Source: an uncultured bacterium
GTDB lineage: Bacteria > Macinerneyibacteriota > Macinerneyibacteria > Macinerneyibacteriales > DSCS01
Length of the DNA: 64,000 bases
NCBI GenBank assembly: GCA_964548195.1
Contig: CAZJQC010000001.1
Span: 88,346 to 152,345, forward strand
Direction of reading: 5' to 3'
The notes under the pieces were generated by a model. The model had not been told where the DNA came from and searched no databases. It saw only the letters and a program-made list of their open reading frames with translations. Shown here in pieces: positions 1 to 9,703 of the stretch. The position numbers were made by a program, and so were the translations under genes. Positions within the stretch are counted from its first letter, which is position 1; each line of letters opens with the position of its first letter.

Positions 1-32
1 TGTATTTTGACATTGCGGAGACCATAAGCGAT

Positions 33-2432
33 TTGAACATGATCATCGACATCGCGAAAAAAAACCGCACTCTGCACGCCGCCGGCGGAGCCCTTCAGAA
101 TCTCATAGAAAGCTACATGGAAATAGGGGATATGAAAAAGGCGTTTGATTCCTTCAGAGTCCTTGCAAGATATGTCATCGCCCCGTCGCACGGAAAAAAC
201 CTGCAGGAGGTCTTTCCGTTTTTCCATTACGGCTCATTATTGAACATCAAGGCCGGCAATACCCGCCTTTCCTTCAGGTTCCTGACCATGTACGCCAGAA
301 AACTCCGCTCGGTCGATGAAGGGCAGCGGATGTTCCACAGGCTCAACTATCTGGCAGCGAAAGCCCAGTATTACAAATATCTGCGCCGCGACGACAAAGC
401 CACCGCCTGTCTGGAACAACTGATCGAATACAACGCGCAAAACCGGGCCGCCGGATTTTCAGCGCTGCCGTATCAGGATATCAGACGCATATTGCTTGAC
501 CTGGCTCTCTCATACGAATCGGCGGGCGATGTCAGGAGGCGCGACGACATCATGAAGACCGTCAATGCGGACTACGGAAGCGAAACGGACCCGAACGGCG
601 AGATAAACTGGGCTTTCTACAGAGCCATAACAGCCGTCGCGGAAGGCGAAAAACGCCGATATCTGGATAAGGCGCTTCGTTTTTGCATCAAAAGAAAAGA
701 TTTTGTGAACATAGACATAGTGGTGGAAAAATACCTCGATCTGTTAAAGAAGCGGGATTTTAAGTTTTTTAATGCCGTTTATCTGCTTTATATCTCATTA
801 AGAAAGTTCTACGACAACCTGCCCGAAGATTATCGCAAGAAATGGCTGTCGCTTCCCTATATATCGCGGATGACAGATGTCCTGAAAACGCATCTCGGCC
901 TTTCAGGCGCCCAACTGGTCTCAGACGAGGCGGATGTGCCGAAAAAAATATCCGGCCTCTTTTCAGCCGACCTTATGGCGAACAACATAAAGATGATACA
1001 AAAACTGAACAACGAGATATGGGACGCCCCTTCGGAGAAATTGATACCGGTCATCCTTAAGTTCATGAAAAAATACTTCATGGCCCAGAGGATCGTCCTG
1101 AGATCGCGCCCCGAGCAGAATTCGGGGGAGGAGATCAACATCAAGTATTACAGCAAAGACCTTTACGCGCAAAGGGACCGTATTGACGAGACGCTGGTAC
1201 AGCGCAGTTTCCGCGACGGTGATTTTGTCACGGCAGACAGCAAGGATTTCGGGGAGCCGTTGTCAACGATGGTGATACCGATACTTAATCCTCTCAAGAA
1301 AAGACCCTCCTGCGACACGGACAAAAGGGTAAAAAACATCACCTACAGCGACCTTTATCTGGGTTACATATACATAGACACCAAGTTCCCCCTCTCAAAC
1401 ATCAACGAATCAGCGTTGTCTATCTCAAGGATATGCGTGGAACTGATAGGGTCGACCATGGTGCATGACCAGATCAACAGGAACATGATGCAGGACCAGA
1501 CCACGGGAATAATGAACCGCCACTTCTTTTTAAACGAACTTAAAAGAAAGATGTCCCTGAGAAATAAGGAACAGACAAATCTGGTCTTTCTCATGGTGGA
1601 TATCGACCACTTTAAAAAAGTCAACGACCGTTACGGGCATCAGAAGGGCGACATCGTCCTCAATAAGATCGCGGCACTGCTGAAAAAAGGGATCAGAAAA
1701 AATGACCTGATCGGCCGATACGGCGGGGAAGAGTTCATCATAGTACTGTTCGATATCTCCGAGGAAGAAGGGCGAAAACGGGCTCTCGCACTTAAGACCT
1801 CGATAGAGAAAGCGTCCATGCTGCCCGGACTGCATCTTACAATAAGCATAGGATGTTCGCAATACCCGAAGGATTCGGAATGGATAAATATTTTGATCAA
1901 TCAGGCCGATACGGCATTGCTGTCCGCGAAAAACCACGGCCGAAACAAAGTGATGTTCTGGAACACAGACCTCTCCGACGAACGCCTTGCAAAAGACCCG
2001 CTGCACGGTATCATCAATGAAGATTTCTCACGATCCGAAAATATAATACGCAATCTTCTCGGTTTCATCGATTATGAACAAAAATCCACTTTAGATGCGT
2101 TTAAGGAAATGATGCGGTGTATAAGCACCGCAATCCCTCATAAACACGCTTATTACGAAATATATATAAACGGCAAAAAGTATTCTAAAAATGAAAACGG
2201 ATACATACATTCAGACGCCGACATAAGAGCAAGTTCCGGCAAGGTCATCATCAACTGGGGATACATGAAAAAGAACAACGGCCCGCTTCATCACGACCTG
2301 ATATACGGTTTCTCCGTAAAAGGCGTCGAAGGATTCATCATCTATTCCTCACCGGTCAGCGAGACCGAGTACAACGACGGCCATTACAATCTCATTGAAA
2401 AATATTTCAAGCTCTTTTTTTGTAAGATCTAA
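33..2432 (+). CDS. GGDEF-domain protein (putative diguanylate cyclase) with ~500-aa N-terminal helical/GAF-like region and ~220-aa C-terminal extension. The 5' end is uncertain: the frame is open to the window edge, with TTG at 33 and ATG at 39
   Basis: Motifs MVDIDHFKKVNDRYGHQKGD and RYGGEEFIIVLFD (GGEEF active site), NHGRNKV. No TM segments. In-frame with no stop back to position 3. Confidence 0.8.
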   Translation: MNMIIDIAKKNRTLHAAGGALQNLIESYMEIGDMKKAFDSFRVLARYVIAPSHGKNLQEVFPFFHYGSLLNIKAGNTRLSFRFLTMYARKLRSVDEGQRMFHRLNYLAAKAQYYKYLRRDDKATACLEQLIEYNAQNRAAGFSALPYQDIRRILLDLALSYESAGDVRRRDDIMKTVNADYGSETDPNGEINWAFYRAITAVAEGEKRRYLDKALRFCIKRKDFVNIDIVVEKYLDLLKKRDFKFFNAVYLLYISLRKFYDNLPEDYRKKWLSLPYISRMTDVLKTHLGLSGAQLVSDEADVPKKISGLFSADLMANNIKMIQKLNNEIWDAPSEKLIPVILKFMKKYFMAQRIVLRSRPEQNSGEEINIKYYSKDLYAQRDRIDETLVQRSFRDGDFVTADSKDFGEPLSTMVIPILNPLKKRPSCDTDKRVKNITYSDLYLGYIYIDTKFPLSNINESALSISRICVELIGSTMVHDQINRNMMQDQTTGIMNRHFFLNELKRKMSLRNKEQTNLVFLMVDIDHFKKVNDRYGHQKGDIVLNKIAALLKKGIRKNDLIGRYGGEEFIIVLFDISEEEGRKRALALKTSIEKASMLPGLHLTISIGCSQYPKDSEWINILINQADTALLSAKNHGRNKVMFWNTDLSDERLAKDPLHGIINEDFSRSENIIRNLLGFIDYEQKSTLDAFKEMMRCISTAIPHKHAYYEIYINGKKYSKNENGYIHSDADIRASSGKVIINWGYMKKNNGPLHHDLIYGFSVKGVEGFIIYSSPVSETEYNDGHYNLIEKYFKLFFCKI

Positions 2433-4780
2433 ACGCCGAATGCCTGAGGGTCGACGTCGGTGTAGACGGAAGAGGTCAATGCCCCCGCCGCATGTTCTAT
2501 TCTCATGAGTATCCCTTTTCCGGCCCCCCTCTTCCCCGTCCTGATGATAAAAGAGTAGCGGTATCTGTCCGTTCTTTTGTAGATGTCTCTGATATCGGCG
2601 AACAAGACCATGTCCTTTTCCGGCAGGAACTCCAAAACAGCTTTTTTCAATATATGGATCTCATCCGTCAGCGCTTTTTTGTCCCTGTTTTCAAGTATGA
2701 CCCTCACGAGATATGAAAAAGGCGGATATCCCATTTCCTTTCGGTATGTCAGTTCGGAATCATAAAAACCGCGATAGTCGTGTCTTATGGCATTTGTGAT
2801 GGTATAATGCCCGGGGGAATAGGTCTGTATGAAGGCAAGCCCGGGTTTTGCGCCTCTCCCCGCTCTGCCGGAGACCTGGCTGATCAGCTGATATGTACGC
2901 TCGTTTGCCCTGAAATCGGGGATGTTCATCATGGAATCGGCGTTGACAATACCCACGAAAGTGACATTCTCAAAGTCGATTCCCTTTGCTATCATCTGCG
3001 TACCGATAAGTATGTCGCCTTCCCCCTTGCCGAATCTGTCAAAGATATCCTTTACAGTATCATAATTGCGCGTCACAGAACCGTCCATCCTGATCAGTCT
3101 CACGCCGGGAAGCAGTTCCGTCAGCCTTTCCGCGATCTTCTCGGTACCCATGCCGCGCATGGCAAACTCAGTTTTTCCGCATTTGCCGCAGGTATATTCG
3201 CTCAGGGGCGCGGAGGCTCCGCACAAGTTGCATTTCAGCAATGATTCCCCCTTATAATATGTCAGCAGTTTTGAACAGTGGGCGCATTCGGCCGGTTCTC
3301 CGCAGGAGTTGCAGATCATATGCGTATCATATCCTTTTCTGTTGATGAATATGATGCTCTGCTCGCGGCGCTCCATCCTTTTCCCCAGTTCGGCCAGCAT
3401 GGACTCTGAAAACGGATATGTCCGCCCCCCATTAAAGACATCGGTGGAGATATCGATGATCCGTACCGCCGGGAGTTCGGCTTTATTGAACCTGCTGCTC
3501 AGGTTATGAAGCGTATATCTGCCGTTGACCGCGTTATAATATGATTCCACCGACGGCGTGGCGCTGCCCAGCACTACCGGCACATCTTCAATCTTTGCGC
3601 GGTATATGGCGGTATCCCTGCCGTTATAACGCGGAGCGTCGTCCTGCTTATAAGACCCTTCATGCTCTTCGTCCACAATGATCAGCCCGAGACGGGGCAA
3701 CGGGGAAAAAACGGCGGAACGCGGCCCCACCATCACAGTCCCTCCTCCGTTAAATGCGGCCCGCCAGGAATCATATCGCTCACCGGCTTTCATGTAGCCA
3801 TGGGTGAGCACAGCCCTGTCGCCGAACACATCCTTTATACGCGACATCAGATGTGTCGTCAAGGCCACTTCGGGGACAAGATAGATGGCGTCTCTCCCCT
3901 GCCTTACCACGGCCTCTATCAGTTTTAAGTAGATCTCCGTCTTGCCGCTTCCGGTGACTCCGTGCAATAGATGCACGGAAAAACCGCTCTCTATGTGAGG
4001 TATTATTTCTTCAAAGACCTGACGCTGTTCCACGTTAAGCGTGCCTGTGGATGTATTCATACCTTTGTCCGGCATGATCATCTCACTTTCCCGAAGATCT
4101 ATGTATACAAGTCCCTTTTTTACCAGTTCCCTCAATATCCTTCCGTCGAACTCCTCCGCGGGGGCTTCCCCTCCCATAGCAGAGAGTCTGCTGAAGGCGC
4201 CTCTCTGTGCGTAGGCGCGGGGGGAAAGGACATCGTCATGGGGTATTCCTGTGACAACGGCATATCTCCGCATGCGTTTCCCGTCGCTTACCGTCTTTTT
4301 TCTTTCTACGTAGCCCTTTGCTACCAGTTCCTCAAGAAAAGCCCCGTCCGTCCCGGTGATATTTATAAACTCGCGCCTGTCGAATTTGCCGGGCAGCGGC
4401 GCCCCTGCCGAAGGGTTGTCATCAGCGTCGAAAAGGCCAGTTTTTGAGTAAAGGTCTTTGACTTTCAGCCTCGCTGAGGGCGGATAGAATGAGTGCAGCG
4501 TCCTGCCCAGGTCTTCGCGGTAATACTCCGCCATCCAAAGCGCAAGCTCAAATAGTCCGGCCGGGATTACGGGCAATATGACTCTGTCCACGGGTCTTAC
4601 CCGCTTAACCCCTTTCGGGGGAGCCTCTTCCGCTTTAACGACATATCCCGTCCTGTATGTGTTTTTAAAGGGCACAACCACCCGCGCCCCGGGTTGAACG
4701 GTCTCTCTGTCAAATGTATACGTAAAGCTTTTTCCGGGCAGATCAGGAAATACGACGGCTGCGAATACGGGCTCTTTCAT
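2429..4780 (-). CDS. priA: Primosomal protein N' (replication restart helicase PriA)
   Basis: Walker A GVTGSGKTEIY, DEAH-like IIVDEEHEGSYKQ, C-terminal Cys cluster CNSCGEPAECAHCSKLL...CNLCG...CGKCG, 783 aa. Confidence 0.9.
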   Translation of the reverse strand: MKEPVFAAVVFPDLPGKSFTYTFDRETVQPGARVVVPFKNTYRTGYVVKAEEAPPKGVKRVRPVDRVILPVIPAGLFELALWMAEYYREDLGRTLHSFYPPSARLKVKDLYSKTGLFDADDNPSAGAPLPGKFDRREFINITGTDGAFLEELVAKGYVERKKTVSDGKRMRRYAVVTGIPHDDVLSPRAYAQRGAFSRLSAMGGEAPAEEFDGRILRELVKKGLVYIDLRESEMIMPDKGMNTSTGTLNVEQRQVFEEIIPHIESGFSVHLLHGVTGSGKTEIYLKLIEAVVRQGRDAIYLVPEVALTTHLMSRIKDVFGDRAVLTHGYMKAGERYDSWRAAFNGGGTVMVGPRSAVFSPLPRLGLIIVDEEHEGSYKQDDAPRYNGRDTAIYRAKIEDVPVVLGSATPSVESYYNAVNGRYTLHNLSSRFNKAELPAVRIIDISTDVFNGGRTYPFSESMLAELGKRMERREQSIIFINRKGYDTHMICNSCGEPAECAHCSKLLTYYKGESLLKCNLCGASAPLSEYTCGKCGKTEFAMRGMGTEKIAERLTELLPGVRLIRMDGSVTRNYDTVKDIFDRFGKGEGDILIGTQMIAKGIDFENVTFVGIVNADSMMNIPDFRANERTYQLISQVSGRAGRGAKPGLAFIQTYSPGHYTITNAIRHDYRGFYDSELTYRKEMGYPPFSYLVRVILENRDKKALTDEIHILKKAVLEFLPEKDMVLFADIRDIYKRTDRYRYSFIIRTGKRGAGKGILMRIEHAAGALTSSVYTDVDPQAFGV

Positions 4781-5553
4781 GGCCGGAGGTCTTCCGAATA
4801 GGTTTTCAGCAGCCGGTCAAACCTTGCCCTGTCGCGCTCGAGCTCCCCGGAGGAGAGAAAAGATACCGTTCCGGAGGCGGACGCGCCGGCACATGTGATG
4901 CCGGAAACACGCATCAGCTGCCGCACCGTGCCGGCATTGCCGTCGATCACGTCAGTGCCTTCCGGAAAAAAAGCCTTTATTGCCGTACGAAAAAACGGGA
5001 AATGGGTGCATCCGAGCACTACTGTACCGTAATCGGACGTATTCACATGTGAAAAGGATTCTCTCAAATATGACACAACGCCAGCTCCGTCCAAAACGGA
5101 ATTTTCCACAAATTCCACCAGGCGCGGCAACGCCACGGAATCGACAATGCCCGCCGGATCCAATAGGGAGACAAGTCCGCTGAACTTTTTTTCCTTCAAC
5201 GTCAGTTCGGTCGCGAGCACAAGCACGCGTTTTCCCCTGCTGTTTTCATGTTCGACCGCGGGCTTCACCGCGGGCTCCATGCCGATAATAGGAAAATCAT
5301 AGATCTTTCTGAGGGACGCCACGCTCACGCTGGTAGCGGTATTACACGCCAGGAGCAGCGCCTGTACATCGCAGGCCTCATATATGCGCTTTACGGCGGC
5401 ATCCACCAAAGCGGCGACATCGCTGCGGGGCCTGCTCCCGTAAGGAACATGCCCCGTATCCGCATAATAAAGGAAATCCGCGCAGGGAAGGGCGTCGAGC
5501 GCCTCTCTGAGCACGGTTATACCTCCCATGCCGGAATCAAACAGCGCTATCAT
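4777..5553 (-). CDS. murI: Glutamate racemase
   Basis: MIALFDSGMGGITVL, LLLACNTAT, VLGCTHFP motifs. Start placed at the Met of MIALFDSG (5553) because the longer ORF to 5622 would run through the tRNA-Ser gene. Confidence 0.85.
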   Translation of the reverse strand: MIALFDSGMGGITVLREALDALPCADFLYYADTGHVPYGSRPRSDVAALVDAAVKRIYEACDVQALLLACNTATSVSVASLRKIYDFPIIGMEPAVKPAVEHENSRGKRVLVLATELTLKEKKFSGLVSLLDPAGIVDSVALPRLVEFVENSVLDGAGVVSYLRESFSHVNTSDYGTVVLGCTHFPFFRTAIKAFFPEGTDVIDGNAGTVRQLMRVSGITCAGASASGTVSFLSSGELERDRARFDRLLKTYSEDLRP

Positions 5554-5577
5554 GACGACCCGCCGCGCAAAACAAAA

Positions 5578-5665
5578 CGGAGAGGGTGGGATTCGAACCC
5601 ACGGTACATGAAACATGTACAACAGATTTCGAGTCTGCCGCCTTCGTCCACTCAGCCACCTCTCC
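5578..5665 (-). tRNA. tRNA-Ser (anticodon CGA), class II with long variable arm; no encoded CCA
   Basis: Cloverleaf read by eye: acceptor GGAGAGG/CCTCTCC, anticodon loop CUCGAAA, variable arm GTACATGTTTCATGTAC, T-arm GTGGGTTCGAATCCCAC. Confidence 0.85.
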
Positions 5666-6510
5666 TACAGGACGATAAAACCAAATATCACGGGCATATC
5701 TTCCCGTTCGGGATACTCCGTAACGTTATAAAAGAAGAACATCATCGACAGATAAAGGAAAACATAAAAGGGCAATAGTATAAGGACTCTCATGCCGTTA
5801 AATGCTATTATCTCACCAACGGTGTTCAAAACGCCATATGGAGTTCCAAACTTAAATTCAATGCCGAAAAAATACCTGGCCAGAAGTCCGTCAAACAGAT
5901 TGACAAGAAGCCATCCGGTTAAAAAGACAGCCCCAAAGACAATATATTTGCCCAGATTTTCCTGAAATATGATAAATGCTTTTTTCACTTTCGTAAAGTA
6001 ATTTCTGCCTTCATGCAGAAGAAGCATGAAAATATTCCATTTGATCACCACGAACACGACGATCACAAGATAAAACAATGCTGTTTGCATCACTGTCGTC
6101 GCCGCCGCGCTGAGGGTGTTTTTCGCAGAGATGGCTCCCAGTGCGGAAATCACATATTTATGAAAAAAATGTATGAAAGCGAGATAGATTACATCAAGCA
6201 GCGTCATGAAGAGCGCGGGCCGGGCGTATGATTTAAAATATCTTTTAATATCGGGCTTGTTTCCGCCCAGCGACCGGACAAAGACAAATTCAAACAGCCT
6301 GTCTATTATTATGAAAAGGAGCACTATGGAATAGGCCGTCCATCTTGACGCGCAGCATTGAAAAAACTCTCGTTTGTAAAAACGGGCGTCAAGCAATACA
6401 AATGAAAATAACACTGACAGCGACAGCCATCTGATGGCGCCGCCCCCGGTAAACAATATCTCCCTGGCCGCGTAAAATGCCTGTCTCAGGCTTAAAAACA
6501 CTTTTCTCAT
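5665..6510 (-). CDS. Polytopic integral membrane protein of unknown function; first gene transcribed after the polysaccharide locus
   Basis: 6-8 hydrophobic helices, no recognisable catalytic motif. Its ATG overlaps the stop of the upstream dehydrogenase gene (ATGA), suggesting translational coupling; its stop overlaps the tRNA-Ser 5' nucleotide. Confidence 0.55.
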   Translation of the reverse strand: MRKVFLSLRQAFYAAREILFTGGGAIRWLSLSVLFSFVLLDARFYKREFFQCCASRWTAYSIVLLFIIIDRLFEFVFVRSLGGNKPDIKRYFKSYARPALFMTLLDVIYLAFIHFFHKYVISALGAISAKNTLSAAATTVMQTALFYLVIVVFVVIKWNIFMLLLHEGRNYFTKVKKAFIIFQENLGKYIVFGAVFLTGWLLVNLFDGLLARYFFGIEFKFGTPYGVLNTVGEIIAFNGMRVLILLPFYVFLYLSMMFFFYNVTEYPEREDMPVIFGFIVL

Positions 6511-7820
6511 AATCGTTCCAGATTTTCCCGGAACAGTCCTTTTGTAATATTGCGCGTGTCAAATACCGCCGGAGCGTGTTCCGTTATAAACAACGGGTCA
6601 TACTGCGCATGATCCGTTATTATGATTACCAGATCCGAACGCCTCAGGTTTTCCGCGTTCGCATCGACCGATTCATACTTCTGATCCCATAAAACGACAT
6701 CTTTCACATAGGGGTCGTTATAGGATATGACGGCGCCCTTTTTCAGCAGACCGGCGATCACTTTCAAAGCAGGGCTCTCCCTCATGTCGGATATGCCTTT
6801 TTTATAGGCCATGCCAAGTATTAATATTTTTGAGCCCTTCATCGGTTTTTGATATTTATTGAGTATGGACATGGCTCTTTCCACAACAAACTCAGGCATA
6901 TAATTGTTTATCTCCGAACTTATTTCTATGAGCCTGGTATGATAATCAAATTCCCTGGCCTTCCATGTGAGATAAAACGGGTCTATGGGAATGCAATGCC
7001 CCCCTATGCCGGGCCCGGGATAGAAGGGCATAAATCCGTACGGTTTTGTGGATGCCGCCTCTATCACCTCCCATATGTCTATGCCCATCCTATGGCATAA
7101 TATGCTCATCTCGTTCATAAGCCCTATATTTATATTTCTGAACGTGTTTTCAAGTATCTTTTCCATTTCCGCGACTTTCGGGCTGCTCACTATGAATACC
7201 CGGGCTTTCAGGACCGACCTGTAGAAAAGTCCGGACAGCTCGCCGCAGTCTTTTGTAAGTCCTCCGACGACTTTCGGCGTATTGCCCGTGTTGTAATCCG
7301 TATTGCCGGGGTCCACTCTCTCCGGCGAAAATGCGATAAAGATATCATCCCCCGGCGAAAAGCCCCTTTCCTTAAAAATAGGCGCGACCACCTCTTCGGT
7401 CGTGCCGGGGTATGTAGTGCTTTCCAGTATTATCATGGCGCCTTTTTTTACATGTGACGCTATATCCATGGACGAAGAGACCACGTATCTGACATCAGGC
7501 TGCTGGAACCTGTCCAGCGGCGTGGGAACGGCAATGCATATCACATCGCAAAGGGCTATCTTTGAATAATCGGCTGTCGCCTCCAGCCGCCCCGAGCCGA
7601 CTGCGGCCCGCAAGTCTTCTCCGGAAACATCCCCTATATAGCTTTCACATCTGTTCACGGACAATACCCTGGATTCCTGAATATCAAAGCCTATGACCTT
7701 AAATCCCGATGCGGCGACCACGACGGAAAGCGGCAATCCCACATACCCCAGTCCCACAACGCCGATAACAGCGGTCTTTTTTTTCAATCTCTCTTCAAGT
7801 ATAACGGAAAAATCGTTCAT
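6507..7820 (-). CDS. UDP-N-acetyl-D-mannosamine/glucosamine 6-dehydrogenase family (WecC/WbpA-like nucleotide-sugar dehydrogenase)
   Basis: N-terminal Rossmann VIGVVGLGYVGLPLS, catalytic GGHCIPIDPFYL, 437 aa. Confidence 0.8.
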   Translation of the reverse strand: MNDFSVILEERLKKKTAVIGVVGLGYVGLPLSVVVAASGFKVIGFDIQESRVLSVNRCESYIGDVSGEDLRAAVGSGRLEATADYSKIALCDVICIAVPTPLDRFQQPDVRYVVSSSMDIASHVKKGAMIILESTTYPGTTEEVVAPIFKERGFSPGDDIFIAFSPERVDPGNTDYNTGNTPKVVGGLTKDCGELSGLFYRSVLKARVFIVSSPKVAEMEKILENTFRNINIGLMNEMSILCHRMGIDIWEVIEAASTKPYGFMPFYPGPGIGGHCIPIDPFYLTWKAREFDYHTRLIEISSEINNYMPEFVVERAMSILNKYQKPMKGSKILILGMAYKKGISDMRESPALKVIAGLLKKGAVISYNDPYVKDVVLWDQKYESVDANAENLRRSDLVIIITDHAQYDPLFITEHAPAVFDTRNITKGLFRENLERL

Positions 7821-7821
7821 C

Positions 7822-8592
7822 TCAGATCTCCTCCTCGATGCCCTTTAACATATCCACTATTTTAAATTCCACAGACATCGCGGATATGCCCGTTAAAAGA
7901 GCTATATAGAACCCGTATTTTCCGTCTCTGAAAGCGCCCCGGGATATCAGTTTGTCAAGAAACCTGTGCCAGAACCTTAAAACAGCCCTTGAATATGCTT
8001 TTTTTACCGTTATTCCCGGATCTTCCTTTATTTTCTGCCTAGCCAACAGTGAGGAATATACATTCATCTTTCTTATATATTCGGCAATATTTGTATATGA
8101 AAAGTGAAGCATCGGCTCCCTCAGACTGCCCACCGGGCCGTCTATCAGTACTTTTTCATGTACTTCCCTCTCCAGCGTCATGCGTCCTTTTTCCTTCAAA
8201 AAAAGCCTGAGGCTTCTGCCCGGCCACATATGTTTCATCTCTTTGCCGAAAGCAAACGTTTTTCTCGGGATCTCGTATCCGCAGTATTCCTGTTTTTCAC
8301 CACGGGTCACCTCTGTTATTCTTGCCTGCAGCGCGTCCGTTACGCGTTCATCGGCGTCCACCATAAGCACCCAGTCCCGCGAGCATTTTTTTATGCCGAA
8401 ATCCCTCTGCGCGGCGAAACCCGGCCATTTGTTCCTTATCACTTTTGCTCCGCTGCGCTCGGCAATATCCACTGTATTGTCCGAAGAAAAGGAATCCACC
8501 ACCAGTATCTCGTCACAAAAAGAGACAGAGTCAATACACTCTTTTATATTATTTTCCTCATTATGAGTCAATATCAACGCGCTCACTGACAT
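7822..8592 (-). CDS. Family 2 glycosyltransferase
   Basis: LILTHNEENNI, VVDSFSSDNT, DADERV (DxD) motifs typical of the GT2 fold. Confidence 0.8.
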   Translation of the reverse strand: MSVSALILTHNEENNIKECIDSVSFCDEILVVDSFSSDNTVDIAERSGAKVIRNKWPGFAAQRDFGIKKCSRDWVLMVDADERVTDALQARITEVTRGEKQEYCGYEIPRKTFAFGKEMKHMWPGRSLRLFLKEKGRMTLEREVHEKVLIDGPVGSLREPMLHFSYTNIAEYIRKMNVYSSLLARQKIKEDPGITVKKAYSRAVLRFWHRFLDKLISRGAFRDGKYGFYIALLTGISAMSVEFKIVDMLKGIEEEI

Positions 8593-8596
8593 ATTT

Positions 8597-9691
8597 CTAC
8601 CTCTTCCTTAAAAGCAGTTCACTGTATTTATCCGCCATCCTTTGTCCGGGCGGCGGTTCCTCCGCTTTTTTGTCCCGCCATTCAGCGCAATTTTTCTTAA
8701 TCATATCATACATATCCCTGTTATTAAACATCTTAATGACAGTATCCGCTATCTGCGCGGGGTCGCGCGGCTCAAACATCACGCCGTTGACGCCGTCTTC
8801 TATTATTTCGGGTATGCCCCCTATGCGCGAGGCCGCCACCGGCACTTCATAAAACAGTGATTCCATTACTCCGGGGGCGATACCCTCGTTAAGCGTTGGA
8901 AAAACGGACAGGTCCATATCCGCATAAAAATCCCATATATCATCACGGAACCCCGTGAATATGACCCTGTCTGATACGCCGATTTCGCCGGCAAGCCTTT
9001 TTATCTCAGGAAGATAAGGCCCTTCCCCCACGATGAAGAAGACGATGTCTTTTATTTTTTTTGTGATAAGAGGTATGGCTTCCAGCAGAAAACGATGTCC
9101 CTTGTTGTCCACGATACGGGTTATTGTCGATACGCATCTGGTGGCTTTATCTATGTTAAATTCCTCTCTGATCTTTCCGGGAGTCCCCCATTTTTCGGGA
9201 TAGTTGAATGTGAGTATGGGCTGGAATTTATTCGGATCAAATAAAGGGTCGGCTCCAAGAGACCTTATCATAGTGTCTTTTATGCTTTTGCAGCTTGTAA
9301 ATGTATGTACGGGACATCTCACGTACATAAACCTGCTGATTTTATTGAATCCCACGCTAAAATCCACATGCCTTGTATGGACAAGCATCGGCTTTCTGAA
9401 TATCCTGGTTGCCAGACACCCCATCCAATGATCATGATGCGAATGGGTATGTATTATATCCGGCTTTTCCTTTGCTATCACATACAATATCTTTAAAAAA
9501 GTAAAGATGTCAATATCACCTAAATAAGGGGCGGTATAAACTTTTCCGGGAAAATATTCATTGACCTTTGCGTTTTTTTTAGAAACAAGCAGAAGTTCAT
9601 GCCCCTGAAGGGAGATGAATTTTGAGATGTTAAGGTATCTTTTTTGGCCGCCTCCGAATTTATCAAAAGAATCAAGATGCAGTATTTTCAT
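8597..9691 (-). CDS. Family 4 (GT-B) glycosyltransferase
   Basis: C-terminal EGIAPGVMESLFYEVPVAASRIGGIPEIIEDGVNG (E-x7-E GT4 motif). Confidence 0.8.
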   Translation of the reverse strand: MKILHLDSFDKFGGGQKRYLNISKFISLQGHELLLVSKKNAKVNEYFPGKVYTAPYLGDIDIFTFLKILYVIAKEKPDIIHTHSHHDHWMGCLATRIFRKPMLVHTRHVDFSVGFNKISRFMYVRCPVHTFTSCKSIKDTMIRSLGADPLFDPNKFQPILTFNYPEKWGTPGKIREEFNIDKATRCVSTITRIVDNKGHRFLLEAIPLITKKIKDIVFFIVGEGPYLPEIKRLAGEIGVSDRVIFTGFRDDIWDFYADMDLSVFPTLNEGIAPGVMESLFYEVPVAASRIGGIPEIIEDGVNGVMFEPRDPAQIADTVIKMFNNRDMYDMIKKNCAEWRDKKAEEPPPGQRMADKYSELLLRKR

Positions 9692-9703
9692 TTTATTATT
9701 TCC

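Noticed and set aside
5554-5622. Longer murI start (ORF track start at 5622)
   Set aside because: The extension would run through the tRNA-Ser(CGA) gene; the conserved MurI N-terminus begins at MIALFDSG
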